Part shown: piece after piece, positions 51,664 through 61,396 of the stretch
Layout: each line of letters begins with the position of its first letter
Numbering within the stretch: the first letter of the stretch is position 1
DNA from: Eubacteriales bacterium
GTDB taxonomy: Bacteria > Bacillota > Clostridia > Oscillospirales > CAG-272
Direction: 5' to 3'
Length of the DNA stretch: 64,000 bases
Assembly: GCA_045645165.1 (NCBI GenBank)
Contig: JAZRIF010000212.1
Span: 7,807 to 71,806 of the forward strand
Notes under the pieces: model-generated
What the model saw: the letters and a program-made list of their open reading frames with translations, nothing else
Told to the model about the DNA's origin: nothing
Databases searched by the model: none
Position numbers and translations under genes: made by a program

Positions 51664-51708
51664 TCCCTGCTAAAATAGCCCGATTACCCGCAAATTCAAA
51701 TAATTCCC

Positions 51709-51737
51709 TTGACAAATCCGCTTTCGTGTGGTACAAT
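51709..51737 (+). promoter_or_regulatory. Sigma-A promoter (extended -10) for glyQS
   Basis: TTGACA, a 17-nt spacer, then TGgTACAAT. Confidence 0.65.
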
Positions 51738-51785
51738 ACTATTTGATTTTATTTCCATTGAATACTGTAAGAGAGGTATATAACC

Positions 51786-53183
51786 ATGGATAATTCCGCA
51801 AAGACTATGGACAAAATTGTCGCGCTGTGTAAGAACCGCGGCTTCATCTTCCCCGGCTCCGAGATCTACGGCGGTCTCGCCAACTCTTGGGACTACGGCC
51901 CCCTCGGCGTTGAGTTCAAGAACAACGTCAAGAAGGCTTGGTGGAAGAAGTTCGTACAGGAGTGCCGCTACAACGTAGGTCTGGACTCCGCCATCATCAT
52001 GAACCCCCAGACCTGGGTCGCTTCGGGTCATCTGGGCGGCTTCTCCGACCCTCTGATGGACTGCAAGGTGTGCCGTACCCGCCACCGCGCCGACAAGCTC
52101 ATCGAGGACTACGCCTTCGTGAACGGCCTTGAGGACAACCCCGCCGGCTGGTCCGACGACGAAATGATGAACTACATCAAGGAAAAGCACATCGTCTGCC
52201 CCTCCTGCGGCAGCGGTGACTTCACCTCCATCCGTAAGTTCAACCTGATGTTCAAGACCTTCATCGGTGTCACCGAGGACTCCTCCAACACCGTGTACCT
52301 GCGTCCCGAGACCGCACAGGGTATCTTCGTGCAGTTCAAGAACGTCGCCCGCTCCACCCGCCGCAAGATGCCCTTCGGCGTAGGTCAGATCGGTAAGTCC
52401 TTCCGTAACGAGATCACCCCCGGTAACTTCGTATTCCGTACCCGTGAGTTCGAGCAGATGGAGCTGGAGTTCTTCTGCAAGCCCGGCACCGACCTGGAGT
52501 GGTTCCAGTACTGGAGAGGCTTCTGCGAGGAGTGGCTGTACAACCTGGGTATGCGTAAGGAGAACCTCCGTCTCCGCGATCACAGCCCCGAAGAGCTTTG
52601 CTTCTACTCCAAGGGTACCACCGATATCGAGTTCCTGTTCCCCTTCGGTTGGGGCGAGCTGTGGGGTATCGCTGACCGTACCGACTATGACCTGACCCAG
52701 CACCAGACCGTGTCGGGTGAGTCCATGGAGTTCTTCGATCCCGAGACCAACGAGAAGTACATTCCCTACGTCATCGAGCCCTCTCTGGGTGCTGACCGCG
52801 TGGCTCTGGCCTTCCTGTGCGACGCTTATGACGAGGAGATCGTGGATCCCGCCAAGAACGACGTCCGCGTGGTGCTGCATCTGCATCCCGCTCTGGCTCC
52901 CGTTAAGGCCGCTGTCCTTCCCCTCTCCAAGAAGCTGTCCGACAAGGCTTTGGAGGTATACGACGAGCTGGCTAAGTACTTCAACATGGAGTTCGACGAG
53001 ACCGGCTCCATCGGTAAGCGCTACCGCCGTCAGGATGAGATCGGTACTCCCCTCTGCATCACCTACGACTTCGAGTCCGAAACCGACGGTTGCGTAACCG
53101 TCCGTGACCGCGACACCATGGAGCAGGTGAGACTGCCCATCTCTGAGCTGAAGGCTTATATTGAGAAAACGATCGCATTCTGA
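51786..53183 (+). CDS. glyQS: Glycine--tRNA ligase (homodimeric class II GlyQS)
   Basis: [59 protein letters not shown], and a C-terminal anticodon-binding domain. Confidence 0.95.
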   Translation: MDNSAKTMDKIVALCKNRGFIFPGSEIYGGLANSWDYGPLGVEFKNNVKKAWWKKFVQECRYNVGLDSAIIMNPQTWVASGHLGGFSDPLMDCKVCRTRHRADKLIEDYAFVNGLEDNPAGWSDDEMMNYIKEKHIVCPSCGSGDFTSIRKFNLMFKTFIGVTEDSSNTVYLRPETAQGIFVQFKNVARSTRRKMPFGVGQIGKSFRNEITPGNFVFRTREFEQMELEFFCKPGTDLEWFQYWRGFCEEWLYNLGMRKENLRLRDHSPEELCFYSKGTTDIEFLFPFGWGELWGIADRTDYDLTQHQTVSGESMEFFDPETNEKYIPYVIEPSLGADRVALAFLCDAYDEEIVDPAKNDVRVVLHLHPALAPVKAAVLPLSKKLSDKALEVYDELAKYFNMEFDETGSIGKRYRRQDEIGTPLCITYDFESETDGCVTVRDRDTMEQVRLPISELKAYIEKTIAF

Positions 53184-53222
53184 TCATTGACTCTTTGATA
53201 ACATCTTTCACATTCAAATTCA

Positions 53223-53259
53223 GATGCGGACGCGATCACCACGTCCGCATCTATTTATT
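53223..53259 (+). terminator. Rho-independent terminator after glyQS
   Basis: GATGCGGACG-cgatcacca-CGTCCGCATC, followed by tatttatt. Confidence 0.7.
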
Positions 53260-53269
53260 AGGAGGTCTT

Positions 53270-54037
53270 ATGTCTGACCAGGTACGCGACAACAAAAAAT
53301 CCATCCACGCCGGCCACCGAGAGCGGCTCCGCGAGCGTTTCGCACGCTCGGGCATGGATGATTTTGCCGATCACGAGGTACTGGAGCTTCTCCTCACCTA
53401 CGCCATTCCCCGTGTGGACGTCAATGACAAGGCGCATGCCTTGGTCGATCGCTTCGGTTCGGTAGCCGGCGCTCTGGACGCCCTCCCCGAGGAGCTGTGT
53501 GAGGTAGACGGCATCGGCCCCGGTGCGGCACAGTTTATGACCATGCTTCCCTGCGTGTTCCGCCGCTACGCGCTGAACAAGTGCGAGCCCGGTGAGCCTA
53601 TGGATACACTGGCCAAGATTGGAGAATTCCTGCACGCCAAGTATACGGGAATCACCTTTGAACGTGTGTATTTGCTTCTCTTTGATAACAGTATGCGGCT
53701 CATTGATTGCTGTCATCTGGACGACGGTGCGGTGAATTGCTCCAAAATCACGGTACGCAAGATTGCTGAGCTTTGTCTGTTCAAGCACGCCTCCTGCGCG
53801 GTACTGGCCCACAATCACCCCATGGGTCTGGCGATCCCTTCGGGCGCGGACATTGAAGTGACCCGCAGCGTAGAGAACGCTCTGGAAACCATTGGCATGA
53901 TGTTTCTGGAGCATATCATCGTGACCGAGAACAGCTACGCCCCCGTCCTGCGACACCAACGAGGCGTTCTTCGCGCCTCTCCCATGACGGGTATGATCGA
54001 CAAAGACTTCTATCATCATTTTTACGGAGAAAACTAA
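53270..54037 (+). CDS. radC: RadC-family JAB/MPN-domain protein
   Basis: Start at the ATG at 53270 (RBS aggagg). HGHRERLRERF, HEVLELLL, the HhH region, and the JAMM motif LAHNHPMG. Confidence 0.85.
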   Translation: MSDQVRDNKKSIHAGHRERLRERFARSGMDDFADHEVLELLLTYAIPRVDVNDKAHALVDRFGSVAGALDALPEELCEVDGIGPGAAQFMTMLPCVFRRYALNKCEPGEPMDTLAKIGEFLHAKYTGITFERVYLLLFDNSMRLIDCCHLDDGAVNCSKITVRKIAELCLFKHASCAVLAHNHPMGLAIPSGADIEVTRSVENALETIGMMFLEHIIVTENSYAPVLRHQRGVLRASPMTGMIDKDFYHHFYGEN

Positions 54038-54042
54038 TTGAG

Positions 54043-54082
54043 GGAACACCCGAATACAGTTCGTATTCGGGTGTCCTTTTTT
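54043..54082 (+). terminator. Rho-independent terminator after radC
   Basis: ACACCCGAATAC-agttc-GTATTCGGGTGT, followed by cc-tttttt. Confidence 0.8.
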
Positions 54083-54114
54083 CACATATTTTTGCACAAA
54101 TTTTCCCAAACCTC

Positions 54115-54143
54115 TTGCAATTTGCATTAAAATTGTGTATGAT
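54115..54143 (+). promoter_or_regulatory. Sigma-A promoter for the MBL/ThuA cluster
   Basis: TTGCAA, a 17-nt spacer, then TGtgTATGAT. Confidence 0.55.
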
Positions 54144-54175
54144 ATAGATAACATCTTACAGCAAGGAGCTCTTTT

Positions 54176-54964
54176 ATGAAAGTAACCTTTCTCGGCACCG
54201 GCGCGGCGGACTGGGACATCAACGCCTATGTTCCCGGTCAGTTCCATCGCCGATTTTCCTCGGCACTTATCAACGACGATCTGCTCATTGATCCCGGCCC
54301 TCATATCTTCCATTTCTGCGAACAAAACGGCACGCCGAATCTTCTTGACGGTGTGAAAAACATCATCGTCACCCACTCCCACGGCGATCATTTTACCCCT
54401 GAGACCGTGGCAAAGCTCTGTATCGGCAAGGATTGTACCATTTGGGCGGATCCCGCCTGCATGCGCAAGCTCATCCGCGTGCTGGGGGATGAGACCGCAT
54501 CAAAGATCAAATTCGTAGAGACAAAGCGCAACCGCGACTATGAGATCGGCGGCTACACGGTCACTTCCCTGCGCGCCAACCACGCCACAGAGGATCCCGA
54601 CGAGGACACCCGCCTGTATCTGATTGAACAGGACGGCCGCATCCTCTACTACGGCTGTGACTCGGCCTGGATCCCCACGGTATCTTGGAACGTGATTCGC
54701 AACAAAGCAATCAACGCCATGGTGCTGGAGCTGACCTGCGGGGAGACCGCCACCTACGACTGGCGCATCTTCGAGCACAACACCCCCGAAATGCTGGATA
54801 TCATGCTCACCATGTTCCGCAAGTATAACCTCTTTGCCCCCGACGTGAAATACTACGTTTCTCACCTGGCGAAAACTCTGCACACCGACCACGAGAGTCT
54901 GGTGGAGTATCTGAAGCCCCGTGAGGTGACGCCTGCTTACGACGGGTTCAGCTTTGAGGTATAA
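54176..54964 (+). CDS. MBL-fold metallo-hydrolase
   Basis: 262 aa with THSHGDHF (HxHxDH) and downstream His/Asp ligand positions. Confidence 0.8.
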   Translation: MKVTFLGTGAADWDINAYVPGQFHRRFSSALINDDLLIDPGPHIFHFCEQNGTPNLLDGVKNIIVTHSHGDHFTPETVAKLCIGKDCTIWADPACMRKLIRVLGDETASKIKFVETKRNRDYEIGGYTVTSLRANHATEDPDEDTRLYLIEQDGRILYYGCDSAWIPTVSWNVIRNKAINAMVLELTCGETATYDWRIFEHNTPEMLDIMLTMFRKYNLFAPDVKYYVSHLAKTLHTDHESLVEYLKPREVTPAYDGFSFEV

Positions 54965-55017
54965 GCCTCCCTCCCTCGAACAAAATTTTTGAAAACACAT
55001 AAAAAGGAGATACTACC

Positions 55018-55767
55018 ATGTCCGAAAAGAAACTCAACGTCGTTGTCTGGAACGAATTCCGTCACGAGAGACTTGAGGAAGCCTGCCGCAACATTTATCC
55101 CGACGGCATCCACGGCCTCATCAAGTCCTTCCTGGAGGCTGACGACGCCACTCTGAACGTCCGTCTGGCCGCTTTGGACGATCCCGATCAGGGTCTGCCC
55201 GACGAAGTACTGAACGAGACCGACGTGCTCCTCTGGTGGGGACACATGGCGCATCATGAGGTAGATGACGGTCTGGTGGAGCGCATCCGTCAGCGGGTCT
55301 ACATGGGCAAGATGGGTCTCATCGTGCTTCACTCGGGTCACCACTCCAAGGTCTTCAAGCAGGTGGTGGGCACCAACGGTAACCTGTCCTGGGGCCGCGA
55401 CCAGAACGAGATCATGTGGAATCTGCTCCCCGCTCACCCCATCGCCGCAGGTATCCCCGATCACTTCTCCCTCTTTGAGGAGCTGTACTGCGAGCCCTTC
55501 TACGTGCCCCAGCCCGACGAGCTGGTCTTTGGCGGCTGGTTTGAGGACGGCTTCATCTTCCGCTCTGGTCTGTGCTACTACCGCGGCGCGGGCAAGGTCT
55601 TCTACTTCCAGCCCGGCCACGAGTTCTGCCGCTCCTTCTATAACCCCTACGTTCAGCGCATCATCTGCAACGCCGTAAAGTGGGCGGCTCCCAACGAGAT
55701 CGTATATCCCATCGAAAATGGTTGTCCCTGCATCCAGTATAAGCTGTCGGACAAGTTTGATCAGTAA
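55018..55767 (+). CDS. ThuA-domain protein (trehalose-utilisation-like, class I glutamine amidotransferase-like fold)
   Basis: 249 aa. VVVWNEFRHE, DVLLWWGHMAHHEV and GLIVLHSGHHSK match the ThuA family pattern as I remember it. Confidence 0.75.
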   Translation: MSEKKLNVVVWNEFRHERLEEACRNIYPDGIHGLIKSFLEADDATLNVRLAALDDPDQGLPDEVLNETDVLLWWGHMAHHEVDDGLVERIRQRVYMGKMGLIVLHSGHHSKVFKQVVGTNGNLSWGRDQNEIMWNLLPAHPIAAGIPDHFSLFEELYCEPFYVPQPDELVFGGWFEDGFIFRSGLCYYRGAGKVFYFQPGHEFCRSFYNPYVQRIICNAVKWAAPNEIVYPIENGCPCIQYKLSDKFDQ

Positions 55768-55777
55768 GCGAACGAGC

Positions 55778-55809
55778 GGGGGAAAACTTCTTGAAAGAAG
55801 TTTTCCCCC
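55778..55809 (+). terminator. Perfect hairpin after the ThuA gene (no U-tract; weak terminator or processing site)
   Basis: GGGGGAAAACTTCTT-gaa-AGAAGTTTTCCCCC. A second hairpin, ACCCCATGA...TCATGGGGT, lies at 55858-55890. Confidence 0.4.
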
Positions 55810-55927
55810 GTACCCCTTTCAAGAACTTTTAAAAAATCATTAGCCGAGAAAACTCTCACCCCATGACCATTTTGATGAACCTCATGGGGTTCCTTCCCCA
55901 TTCTGATCGTGAAAGGAGACGCATTAC

Positions 55928-57223
55928 ATGTTGACCATCACCTTCCCAGGCATCACCCAAGCCCAGTTCACCGACGCCTTCACCGTTCTGGAGGAATGCA
56001 AATCTATCCCCACGCTGGGCTTCCCCTACCCCTTCATGGGTCCCGGTGGGCAGTACGGCAACTGCTGGTGGGAGCGGGACACCGCTCTGACCCTTCTGGG
56101 CTACCGCTGGCTCGATCCCGACTACTGCCGCACCGCCTTGGAGAATTTCACCTTCGTGCAGAAGGAAAACGGCCGCATTCCCCTCTACGGCTTCGACCGC
56201 GTTCTGGATTATGATATAGAGCTGAGTGCCATCCCCGTGATTTTTGAGGTGGCCGCCTTCATCTGCCGCGAGACGGCAGACGAGGCGTACATCCGCCGCA
56301 TCTACGGAATGCTTTCCCGCTACATGGACTGGTGGCTCTCCGATCTCAAGAGAGATCCCGTGAGTGGTCTGATCTGCGGTATTTTCGAGGAGTCCGACCC
56401 CTCGGATATCCACGATCAGCTTACGGTGGCGCAGGTAGACCTGAACGTGCAGGTGGCCGTAGGCGCCGACGTGCTGGCGGAGATGGCCACCCGTCTGGGA
56501 GATATGGCCGCCGCTGACCGCTACCGCGAAATCTTTGCCGAGGTGCGGGATGCCATCAACCGCTACCTGTACAACCCCGCCGACGGGGGGTACTACTCTT
56601 GGCTGGTCACCGAAAAACGTCTCCAGACCGAGCGGGTGTACAACTCCATATTCGACACCTTCAAGCGAGGCATTCTGCCCGTGGAGCGTCGGGCGGGCGT
56701 TTTGAAGCTTTTGAAGGATGATTCCCTGTTCGGCTACGACAGTAAGTGGGGCATCACCACCATGGCCAAGACCTGCGCTCAGTACGTGGAGACAGTGGGT
56801 GTGTACCAAGGCTATCCGAGCTGGAGCGGCAACATCTGGACTTTCCGCAACCGCATCATTGCCACGGGACTTCTGGAGAGCGGGCTCCGCGAGGAAGCCG
56901 CCCATATCGCCCTGCAGACGGTGCGCACCTTCAACGGCAACTACGCCGAGTTCATCAGCCCCTCCACGGGAGAGGGCCACGGCGTCCTCCGCTACGGCTG
57001 GTCGGCGTCGGAGTACATCCACCTCATTGTGGAGGTGCTGTTCGGCATCCGTTACGACGCGGTTACCGATACCGTCACCGTCACGCCTTGTATGCCCAAG
57101 GAGCTTGACGGCGAGATCGTCTCCATCGGGAACGTCCGTGTGGGTAACAAGTATCTCCACGTCACCGTCAAGTGCGGTGAAAACCAAGAGGTCACCTATC
57201 GCCTGACCGATTCCGAAGAGTGA
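55928..57223 (+). CDS. (alpha/alpha)6-barrel glycoside hydrolase-like protein (GH63/MGH1/trehalase-like, tentative)
   Basis: 431 aa. GGQYGNCWWERDTA, ENGRIPLYG and WSGNIWTFRNRIIATGL are reminiscent of the GH63-like family. Confidence 0.6.
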   Translation: MLTITFPGITQAQFTDAFTVLEECKSIPTLGFPYPFMGPGGQYGNCWWERDTALTLLGYRWLDPDYCRTALENFTFVQKENGRIPLYGFDRVLDYDIELSAIPVIFEVAAFICRETADEAYIRRIYGMLSRYMDWWLSDLKRDPVSGLICGIFEESDPSDIHDQLTVAQVDLNVQVAVGADVLAEMATRLGDMAAADRYREIFAEVRDAINRYLYNPADGGYYSWLVTEKRLQTERVYNSIFDTFKRGILPVERRAGVLKLLKDDSLFGYDSKWGITTMAKTCAQYVETVGVYQGYPSWSGNIWTFRNRIIATGLLESGLREEAAHIALQTVRTFNGNYAEFISPSTGEGHGVLRYGWSASEYIHLIVEVLFGIRYDAVTDTVTVTPCMPKELDGEIVSIGNVRVGNKYLHVTVKCGENQEVTYRLTDSEE

Positions 57224-57266
57224 TCCCGTCCCATACACGCATTTTCACTTGAAAAGGAGAAACCCT

Positions 57267-58496
57267 ATGAACAAGCGAATGGACCGCAACCGCCTGAACA
57301 TCGGCGTTTACCACTTAAAGCCCTATGCCCGCACCGAGGCACATATCAAAGAAGTCGCTGACTGCGGCATTGATTTCGTGGTCTGCATGGACAACGACCG
57401 CCCCGCCCTGGATCTCTTCCACAAGTACGGCGTGGGCGCCATCGTCAGTGGCATTGTCCCCGGCTGGTGGGGCGGTGACGGAAATAACGCCGGCAAGCTG
57501 GCCGAGACCAACTCTATGGAGAAGTATGAGGCCGCAGCCGCATCTTTTGTCGATCACCCGGCTATCTGGGGTATTGACGTAGGCGACGAGCCATCGGCGT
57601 TGGATTTCCCCTACTACGGGCGGGTCATGGACTACGTAAACCGCGCCTTCCCGGGTCAGTTCGCCTACCTGAACCTCTACCCCAACTACGCCTCGGTCTC
57701 CCAGAACAACGCCCAGGAAACCGTGAATCAGCTAGGTACGGCTACCTATGACGAGCATATTCAGAAGTATTGTGAAAACGTCCCCATGGACTACATCTGC
57801 TACGACTTCTACCTCTACTCCATCAACGTCACGAAGCATTATGAGAACCTGCGTGTTGTCGCGAATGCCTGCCGCAACACTGGGCGGAGTATGTGGATCG
57901 TTCTGCAGGTCAATTCCAACAAACCCGCCGAGTGGATGAGCGAGAACAATCTGCGATTCCAAGCCTATACATCCATGGCTTTTGGTGCGGAGAACATCAT
58001 CTGGGCTTGCTACACCGCAGGCTGGTGGCACAATCAAGTGCTGGATGGCGAAGGCAACAAGACCGAGCAGTACGATAAGCTCAAGAAGATCAACGCCGAG
58101 ATCCGTACCATGGCTGATGAGTACATGAAGTACCGCCGCGTGTCCACCCATTTCGTGGGCTTTGAGGGACACCCGCACATGGCCGCCGTACAGCAAGAGG
58201 CGGTGGCTTCCCTGTCCACGGGCGTGTTCTTTGACGTGAAGGCCGACAACGGCGCGCCGCTGGTGATCGGTGAGATGGTCAACCGAAACTGCGACGGCTC
58301 GGTAGCTCTTATGGTCTGCGCAGCAGATGATCCCCACGAAACGGATCCCAAGGAATACAACATTACCTTCCGTGCACCCAACCGCTGTGTCCGCGCGCTA
58401 GGTGGGGATGGCTACAAGACCGTGACCGACTTGGGCGGCGAACTCTATGCAGTATCGATCAAATCCAATGAAGGTGTGCTGATTACGGCTCGCTGA
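57267..58496 (+). CDS. Hypothetical TIM-barrel glycosidase-like protein
   Basis: Start at the ATG at 57267 (RBS aaaggaga). IWGIDVGDEPS resembles the clan GH-A acid/base strand. Otherwise unassigned. Confidence 0.5.
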   Translation: MNKRMDRNRLNIGVYHLKPYARTEAHIKEVADCGIDFVVCMDNDRPALDLFHKYGVGAIVSGIVPGWWGGDGNNAGKLAETNSMEKYEAAAASFVDHPAIWGIDVGDEPSALDFPYYGRVMDYVNRAFPGQFAYLNLYPNYASVSQNNAQETVNQLGTATYDEHIQKYCENVPMDYICYDFYLYSINVTKHYENLRVVANACRNTGRSMWIVLQVNSNKPAEWMSENNLRFQAYTSMAFGAENIIWACYTAGWWHNQVLDGEGNKTEQYDKLKKINAEIRTMADEYMKYRRVSTHFVGFEGHPHMAAVQQEAVASLSTGVFFDVKADNGAPLVIGEMVNRNCDGSVALMVCAADDPHETDPKEYNITFRAPNRCVRALGGDGYKTVTDLGGELYAVSIKSNEGVLITAR

Positions 58497-58558
58497 CCCA
58501 TGCCCGCCGACCAGGGCACGGTTCTGTCATCTGCCCACACTCTTTGAAAGGAGTTGTT

Positions 58559-60343
58559 ATGAATCCTCGTTTTCAAGTTCTCCCCCATCCCCCCTACGAT
58601 CTCCGTCTGACCGCCGACCGCCACACCGATACCCACTTCCAGCCGCCACGCTTTGCCTCCCGCGCAGAGGTGGAGACCCGCCGCGATGAGCTGAAATTCA
58701 ACCTCCGCATGGCGACAGGATTGTATCCCTGGCCCGAAAAGACACCTCTGAACACCCGCCGCGAGCTCGTGGGGGAATACGACGGCTACTCCATCTACAA
58801 GATCATGTTCGAGAGCTCCCCCGGCCTATGGTCTACGGGTAACCTCTACCTTCCCCGCCCTTTAACGGGAAAATGCCCCGCTATCCTCAACGTCATCGGA
58901 CATTGGGAAAAACAGCGGCTCACCCGCATGGATACGGGAGATTACCCCCAGCAGATTGCCAACTTCGCCCGCATGGGTTTTGTCTGCTTGGTGACGGATA
59001 TGATCGGCATGGTGGATAGCCGCCAGCTATCCCACGAATACGGCCGCGGCGAGCGGGAATTGTGGGGCTCCAACGGCCTTGGCGTTCAGCTTTGGAACAA
59101 CATCCGCGCGTTGGATCTACTTTCCGATATGCCTGAGGTGGACGCAGAGCGCATCGGCGTGACAGGCGCATCGGGCGGCGGATCCCAGACCCTGTTTTTG
59201 AGCCTTTTGGACGAGCGGATCAAGGCCGCCGCGCCCATCAACATGATCTCCCTACATATGCAGGGGGGCTGTCAATGCGAGAACGCCGCGGGACTTCGCA
59301 GAGACACCACCAACACCGAAATGTGCGCCATGCTGGCCCCACGCCCCCTGTTTCTGGCGGGCTCTACGGGAGACTGGACGAAATACCAGGAAACCGAGGA
59401 ATACCCCGCCATACGGGATATATACGCCTTGTACGGCGCCGAGGACAAAGTGGAGCATTACTTCCAGATCGCCCCCCACCAGTACAACGAAAAGACCCGC
59501 CACCGCGTGTATCGCTTCTTTGCCCGCCATTTGATGGGCAAGGAGCTTACCTGGAATGAGCAGTCCATCGAGACCCCATACCTTTCGGATATGGTATGGT
59601 TCAAGGACGGCGAAAAGGCTCCCGGATTTGCCGGTGACGCTGAATACTTCACCGCCCACAAGGCCGAGCTGAGGGCACGGGTTGCCGACCTTCCCGAAGA
59701 GGAACGCAAGAAGATGCTTTCCTGGGTCACGGGCATTGACAACAGAGATTTTGCCATTGCAGACGGGATCGCAGACAAAACCGACGGGATCACGGTAGAG
59801 AGGAATATTCTGACGTCTTTCCACGGCGAGCAGATCCCCTGGGTCAAGCTGACACCCAAGGATTGGGACGGGAAACGCCTCTGCCTGGCATTCAGCGGAG
59901 ACGGCAAAGTCTGCGTAGACACCCCTGTGATTCAAAGTATGTTGACCGATGGCATCGCCGTCCTGTCGGGTGATCTGTTCCTTACGGGTGAATTCGGGGA
60001 TACCCGCCCCGTGGTCATGGGGCCCGATAGCGCCACCCGCTACTTCACCACTTTCCACTACACCGCCGCCGCTTATCAGGCACAGGACGTATCGCTCCTG
60101 TGGCGCTTGGCCTCCGGAATGGCGGAGGAATGCTCCCTGTGGGCAAGCGGTTCCGCCGCCCGCGCCGCCGCCTGTGCCCTGCCTCTGCTCACGAACGTGA
60201 AGACCGCCGCACTGGATGCACGGGCTTTGGACGTGGTCACAGATCAAGACTACATGGAAAAATTTTTCCTTCCCTGCTTCCTGCCCCTCGGCGGGCTCAA
60301 GGGATGCCTTGCCATGGCTGCATGTCCTGTAGAGCTGTTCTGA
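58559..60343 (+). CDS. Alpha/beta hydrolase (acetyl-xylan-esterase/dienelactone-hydrolase-like)
   Basis: Start at the ATG at 58559 (RBS gaaaggag). Nucleophile elbow GVTGASGGGSQT, with an extra ~250-aa C-terminal domain. Confidence 0.7.
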   Translation: MNPRFQVLPHPPYDLRLTADRHTDTHFQPPRFASRAEVETRRDELKFNLRMATGLYPWPEKTPLNTRRELVGEYDGYSIYKIMFESSPGLWSTGNLYLPRPLTGKCPAILNVIGHWEKQRLTRMDTGDYPQQIANFARMGFVCLVTDMIGMVDSRQLSHEYGRGERELWGSNGLGVQLWNNIRALDLLSDMPEVDAERIGVTGASGGGSQTLFLSLLDERIKAAAPINMISLHMQGGCQCENAAGLRRDTTNTEMCAMLAPRPLFLAGSTGDWTKYQETEEYPAIRDIYALYGAEDKVEHYFQIAPHQYNEKTRHRVYRFFARHLMGKELTWNEQSIETPYLSDMVWFKDGEKAPGFAGDAEYFTAHKAELRARVADLPEEERKKMLSWVTGIDNRDFAIADGIADKTDGITVERNILTSFHGEQIPWVKLTPKDWDGKRLCLAFSGDGKVCVDTPVIQSMLTDGIAVLSGDLFLTGEFGDTRPVVMGPDSATRYFTTFHYTAAAYQAQDVSLLWRLASGMAEECSLWASGSAARAAACALPLLTNVKTAALDARALDVVTDQDYMEKFFLPCFLPLGGLKGCLAMAACPVELF

Positions 60344-60355
60344 TCCATATACAAA

Positions 60356-60400
60356 ATACCCCGCGTACGCTTTTTTACGAGCATACGCGGGGTATTCTTA
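60356..60400 (+). terminator. Hairpin terminator after the esterase gene
   Basis: ATACCCCGCGTA-(16 nt)-TACGCGGGGTAT, followed by tcttat (weak U-tract). Confidence 0.55.
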
Positions 60401-60447
60401 TCCGATTGGCATTCCCGGCATCAAGGGAAACTTATAGTTGATTGGAG

Positions 60448-60476
60448 TTGACAAGGTTCAGCAGTTGTGGTATAAT
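60448..60476 (+). promoter_or_regulatory. Sigma-A promoter (extended -10) for the rSAM/SPASM gene
   Basis: TTGACA, a 17-nt spacer, then TGgTATAAT. Confidence 0.65.
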
Positions 60477-60508
60477 GACGGTATATCTTATGGAAAGCAG
60501 GAACGTCT

Positions 60509-61360
60509 ATGTATTCCCGCGTATATCTTGAAATCACCAACATCTGCAACCGCTCATGCTCCTTTTGCCCCGGCACGGTGCGCGCGCCCCGCCGCATGAG
60601 TCTTGCGGAGTTTGATACGGTCACCGACCGACTTTGCGGCGTGACCGAATACCTCTACTACCACGTCATGGGGGAGCCCCTGACCCATCCCGAGCTTACG
60701 GACTTTATCCGATTAGCAAAAACCAAGGGTTTCAAATCGGCCATCACAACAAACGGAACCCTTCTTCCCGCCCGAGGCCAAGCGCTCATCGATGCGGGGG
60801 TATACAAGGTCAATATATCCGTCCACAGCTTTGAGAACGGAGAGGATGCCACCGCCCACGGAGCGTATCTGGATAGCATTCTCGACTTTGCCGACAAAGC
60901 CTCCCAAAACGGCGTGCTGACGGTGCTTCGTCTCTGGAATTTAGACGGCTTTGGTGAGGCCTTGGGTGGAAACAATGAACGCACGCTGGACTATCTGCGT
61001 GCCCGATTCCCCGACAATGAATCCACTCCGTGGAAGTTCTCGTCACGTGGGGCGCGGATGCGGGATAAGCTTCACCTGGAGTACGGCGACCGCTTCGAGT
61101 GGCCCGACATGGAAGCGGAGGATCGCGGAAACGGCGTATTCTGCTATGGACTGAAGGATCATTTCGCCATACTGTGCGACGGCAGGGTTGTTCCCTGTTG
61201 CCTCGACCGAGAGGGTGCTGTGACTCTGGGAAACATTTTTGAAACTCCCGCCAACGAGATTTTAACTTCTCCTCGCGCCATGGCTATGCGAGAGGGCTTT
61301 CAGCGGCGGTGTGCTACCGAGGAATTGTGCCGCAGGTGCGGGTATGCAAGGCGATTTTAA
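60509..61360 (+). CDS. Radical SAM protein with C-terminal SPASM/twitch-like Cys cluster
   Basis: 283 aa. ITNICNRSCSFCPG (CxxxCxxC). C-terminal cysteines: FCYG..LCDGRVVPCCLD...RRCATEELCRRCGY. Confidence 0.85.
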   Translation: MYSRVYLEITNICNRSCSFCPGTVRAPRRMSLAEFDTVTDRLCGVTEYLYYHVMGEPLTHPELTDFIRLAKTKGFKSAITTNGTLLPARGQALIDAGVYKVNISVHSFENGEDATAHGAYLDSILDFADKASQNGVLTVLRLWNLDGFGEALGGNNERTLDYLRARFPDNESTPWKFSSRGARMRDKLHLEYGDRFEWPDMEAEDRGNGVFCYGLKDHFAILCDGRVVPCCLDREGAVTLGNIFETPANEILTSPRAMAMREGFQRRCATEELCRRCGYARRF

Positions 61361-61396
61361 AAATGCTCTTCAGCAAACAACGGACAAGGAGTCTTC

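Noticed and set aside
51664-51785. Expected T-box leader upstream of glyQS
   Set aside because: Only 122 nt separate ppa and glyQS, and most of that is a sigma-A promoter plus a short UTR. I see no specifier-loop/T-box (AGGGTGGNACCGCG-like) sequence and no terminator/antiterminator pair.
51696-52886. 396-aa - strand ORF
   Set aside because: It is antisense to glyQS.
53258-54391. 377-aa - strand ORF
   Set aside because: It is antisense to radC and the start of the MBL hydrolase gene, and it spans a terminator and a promoter.
55856-57238. 460-aa - strand ORF
   Set aside because: It is antisense to the GH63-like gene.
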